Shown one piece after another: positions 61,151 through 64,000 of a stretch of DNA of 64,000 nt. The stretch comes from Nitrosopumilus sp. Lineage in GTDB: Archaea; Thermoproteota; Nitrososphaeria; Nitrososphaerales; Nitrosopumilaceae. The position numbers were made by a program, and so were the translations under genes. Each line of letters opens with the position of its first letter. Within the stretch, counting starts at the first letter, position 1. Location of the stretch: assembly GCA_965206745.1 (NCBI GenBank), contig OZ242220.1, forward strand, positions 1,795,079 to 1,859,078, read 5' to 3'. The notes under the pieces were generated by a model. It saw only the letters and a list, made by a program, of their open reading frames with translations, was not told the origin of the DNA and did no database searches.

Positions 61151-62242
61151 CTAACAGTGCACTCTATCATGCATTTGACAAGTCCCTGAAGCAAAAATTT
61201 GTAATGGTCCACCACCTTGACCTGATGGACCAGAGTCTGTACTTTGTGTTCGGAATTCAGGATATTCTACAAAAAAGTCATCGACAAATCTCTGCGATAG
61301 TTTCATGGTATTCAACAAAAAGCCTTGGACATCAGTTACGTCGTATGTGTTTTGGTTGTGTCTTACAAAGTCAGCAAAACCTTCCCATATATTTTTAGGT
61401 ACATAGTCTGAAACCACACCAGATTCGGCTCTAACTCTTGGTTCTGGTTTGGGTATTGGATTGTGAACACCGTCCTTAACAAAACGTGTATTTCTATCAA
61501 CAAAACTATTACCAATTTCAGTTCCATCACTAGGCGAACTTCCGCGATATACACGTGCATCATTTTTGAAAATTGCACCATCATCTGTTTTATGTATCTG
61601 ATAAGATGCATCCGTTCCAATTTTTGCCCAATCATATTCATATGTCATTGGACGGGTCAGTGTGATGGACATCTGTCCTGAAGTACTTTCAGAATATGGT
61701 GCTATGTTAAGATGGGCATGATATGTATGTGGAGTATAGAATTCACCATATGTTAATGTTGACCGAGTTGCATCGGTAGAAAATTCCTCTGGAAGTAGCA
61801 ATGAAATCTCATTAACTAATTCACCTTTGTAGTAATCTTTGTCATCACCCTCCCACTGCAAGGTGTAGTTTAAAGTCACTGGCTGACCTACAACAAACTC
61901 ACGCGGTAACTCAAATGTAATATTGGGTTCTGGTTCCTTAACCATTCCACCAACAGAAGATTTACTTTCTCCCCTGATTACATCCACATTGCCTTGTGTT
62001 GTCTTTACAGCCTCAATTGGCAAATAGCCTCGTTTAATTAGCTTCTCAGATGTTGCCTGAGTCAAACAGACGGGTTTGCCTGCAGGGGATTCCATCAGGA
62101 TTTTATTATCATTGCACTGAATCTGGTTTATTGGAGTACCGTTTTTGAGTTGATCCCGTGGTGATGATTCTGCATATGCTGGGGCAATCATCATTCCGAT
62201 AAATAACACTGTGAAGAGGATCATGGTTGCATTTCTAACCAT
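61151..62242 (-). CDS. Secreted hypothetical protein, probably C-terminally truncated
   Basis: Signal peptide (..APAYA), SP..Q...G....C...P.C...L..RG module common in Nitrosopumilaceae exported proteins (from memory); ends in a Gly/Ser linker next to the MITE-like element. Confidence 0.7.
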   Translation of the reverse strand: MVRNATMILFTVLFIGMMIAPAYAESSPRDQLKNGTPINQIQCNDNKILMESPAGKPVCLTQATSEKLIKRGYLPIEAVKTTQGNVDVIRGESKSSVGGMVKEPEPNITFELPREFVVGQPVTLNYTLQWEGDDKDYYKGELVNEISLLLPEEFSTDATRSTLTYGEFYTPHTYHAHLNIAPYSESTSGQMSITLTRPMTYEYDWAKIGTDASYQIHKTDDGAIFKNDARVYRGSSPSDGTEIGNSFVDRNTRFVKDGVHNPIPKPEPRVRAESGVVSDYVPKNIWEGFADFVRHNQNTYDVTDVQGFLLNTMKLSQRFVDDFFVEYPEFRTQSTDSGPSGQGGGPLQIFASGTCQMHDRVHC

Positions 62243-62322
62243 TGCAAATTTGTAAAATCTATAGTATTAAAATAATTTAAAGCGATTATTTTGATGCTAT
62301 GAAACTGGTGTAGATTAAGTAT

Positions 62323-62402
62323 CAAATGTAGATCTTGTTCCTATCTGAAAAATCACCCAGCTCTGCTCAAACATAGTGATCAGATCACCATTTGTGACCA
62401 GA
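62323..62402 (+). repeat. Dispersed repeat copy D (homologous to 54205-54283)
   Basis: CAAATGTAGATCTT...AAACA...GATCAGATCACCATTTGTGACCAGA; last 25 nt are 24/25 identical to 54259-54283. Confidence 0.75.
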
Positions 62403-62477
62403 ACCGTAAAGCCTCCACTCAATTAAACAGTGCAAAGGTCAATTAGGGATATAAGGAACTTTTTGGGGTGATAATTA

Positions 62478-62630
62478 ATGGCAAAATACGATGGTCTGTT
62501 AGGACAGCCGATACTTGAAGTTGAGGAACCAGATAAGGAAGGCGGAATCACCTTCATCTTCAAAGACAACAGGTTTATGTTCATAAAAGCAGTAGATGGC
62601 AAAATTGAGACCGTATCAATCCCGGAATAG
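62478..62630 (+). CDS. Microprotein (50 aa), paralog of the downstream gene
   Basis: MAKYDGLLGQPILEVEEPDKEGGITFIFKDNRFMFIKAVDGKIETVSIPE; SD-like GGGGTGA upstream. Confidence 0.8.
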   Translation: MAKYDGLLGQPILEVEEPDKEGGITFIFKDNRFMFIKAVDGKIETVSIPE

Positions 62631-62640
62631 GTGGACATGA

Positions 62641-62787
62641 ATGGAAAAATTTGACCAAATCAAAATGCTTGAACTTGTAAAAGTGGAAGATCCCGATGCA
62701 GACGGTGGATTGACCTTGATGTTCCAGGAAGAGAAGACCCTGAAGATTAAAGTCGTGGATGGAAAGCTAGTTTCGGAATTCGTTTAA
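62641..62787 (+). CDS. Microprotein (48 aa), paralog of the upstream gene
   Basis: MEKFDQIKMLELVKVEDPDADGGLTLMFQEEKTLKIKVVDGKLVSEFV; SD-like AGGTGG upstream. Confidence 0.8.
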   Translation: MEKFDQIKMLELVKVEDPDADGGLTLMFQEEKTLKIKVVDGKLVSEFV

Positions 62788-62788
62788 A

Positions 62789-63283
62789 CTAGTTTCTCAC
62801 ATGTTTTTCATAAAATCCGATAGCTAGTTCCTGTACCTTGGATTGGATTGATCCCGGTCTTTGATCTCGAATTTTCTTGATTGCATCCCCTGCTGAAAAT
62901 TTTTCATACTTTACAAAATAACACGCAAGTATCGTCCCGGCTCTTCCCATTCCGGCTGCACAGTGAACCATCACAGCTTGATCACTTTTAATCTGTTCGT
63001 GTATAAAGTCCACTGCCGAATCTATTCTGTCCATGTCAGGGGCTGTCAGGTCAGGAGTCGGGACATGAAGATATTCAATGTCTTGGACCCACTCATCTGG
63101 CAACGGCTGCTCAGTCATGGTTACAATTGATTGTATGCCCTGGTCAAGAAGCCAACCAAATTCATCAAAACTTGTTGGAATGCCTGATCCTGCCAGCTGA
63201 TCTTTGATTAGCCAAGAAAAGTTTGTTGGCTTTTTTGTGATTTTACCATGAACCTTCCTCCAGATGTTCCCAGGCTTGCTCAT
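62789..63283 (-). CDS. Dual-specificity protein phosphatase (CDC14/PTP-like)
   Basis: NFSW..LAG..P, PD..AP, HCAAGMGRAG (CX5R), IR..RPGSIQ...Q. Confidence 0.92.
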   Translation of the reverse strand: MSKPGNIWRKVHGKITKKPTNFSWLIKDQLAGSGIPTSFDEFGWLLDQGIQSIVTMTEQPLPDEWVQDIEYLHVPTPDLTAPDMDRIDSAVDFIHEQIKSDQAVMVHCAAGMGRAGTILACYFVKYEKFSAGDAIKKIRDQRPGSIQSKVQELAIGFYEKHVRN

Positions 63284-63330
63284 GTTGGATTTATGACTGC
63301 TCGGTATTTTTAGTATTGCGCAGAGTGTAA

Positions 63331-63972
63331 CTATGACGCTACTGCACGAACGGGGGAACCCGTGGCATCCTTGAGTTTTAATGGCAGAATTGTAAAATTA
63401 AATTCCAAGGATCGTATTTTGTTCATATTTGCCAAATTTTCCACTATCAGGACATTGTTTTTTGCTAAAATATGATGTACAGAAAACGATCCGTCCTCCC
63501 CAAGATCAATGCTCGGGGAATCAATGCCGACCAGGTTGATTTTTTTGGATGCGAGATACTTTGCAGATGATGCATCTAGTCCGGGATTTTCAGTAAAATA
63601 ATTATTTTTTTTCAGATTTTTTTGCCAGTCTGTAAAGAAAAAGACCGAGGAACGGTCTGGAATTTTACCGTTCTTTTCCTCAAATGATGTAATGTCTGAT
63701 TTTGTGATGGGGGTGTTTTTTGATTTTTTGAGTTTGATCAGCGTTGCCTTTCCAACTAATCTGCGGAGAGGAATTTGGTGTATCTTTAGCCCATTTTTGA
63801 CAAAATGAAACGGCGCATCTAGATGCGTTCCCGTATGCGAGCTTAGGAATAACAGTTCCAGATTATACCCGTCATGCTCTATATCAGACCAGTCAATGAA
63901 TTGGGGCGTGGGGGATCCAGGAAAGCTTGGGATGGATCCCGATATTGTAAGTGTCAGATCAACTAGTTTCAT
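63331..63972 (-). CDS. Cyclase family metal-dependent hydrolase (kynurenine formamidase-like)
   Basis: HTGTHLDAPFH, VGIDSPSID, H..L, VENL, GSPVRAVA. Confidence 0.9.
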   Translation of the reverse strand: MKLVDLTLTISGSIPSFPGSPTPQFIDWSDIEHDGYNLELLFLSSHTGTHLDAPFHFVKNGLKIHQIPLRRLVGKATLIKLKKSKNTPITKSDITSFEEKNGKIPDRSSVFFFTDWQKNLKKNNYFTENPGLDASSAKYLASKKINLVGIDSPSIDLGEDGSFSVHHILAKNNVLIVENLANMNKIRSLEFNFTILPLKLKDATGSPVRAVAS

Positions 63973-64000
63973 ATTATCAGGATATACTAGTGATTTATCA

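Overview
Genomic window from an ammonia-oxidising archaeon. Nitrosopumilaceae (Nitrososphaerota) is inferred from Tes, GatDE, aIF2 subunits, AglB, Nop10, a bacterial-type MetK, DnaK/J/GrpE and anaerobic cobalamin genes. Positions 1-12.5 kb are an AT-rich surface-glycan biosynthesis island ending in a methyltransferase pseudogene. The rest is mostly core genes: tes, trmB, dtxR-type regulator, pelota, SRP RNA, rpl2, cdc48, gatDE, tRNA-Leu, dnaJ-dnaK-grpE, tRNA-Gln, RPA, lhr, a RadB-like gene, lsm, metK, cbiDGXC/cbiA/cobO, aIF2a, nop10, aglB, aIF2g and rps6e. Three accessory insertions interrupt them: a decayed IS481-type element plus carbamoyltransferase and sugar dehydrogenase next to tRNA-Gln; a Panacea (DUF4065/SocA) antitoxin with a small membrane-protein partner, bracketed by direct repeats inside the cobalamin cluster; and a probably truncated secreted protein flanked by a MITE-like hairpin. 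Several items read directly from the DNA are absent from the ORF track: a box C/D sRNA whose guide fits wobble C34 of a tRNA-Leu(CAA), four small zinc-finger proteins, a tandem pair of paralogous ~50-aa microproteins, and a dispersed ~80-bp element shared by two accessory loci. No database searches were run; product calls come from recognised motifs.
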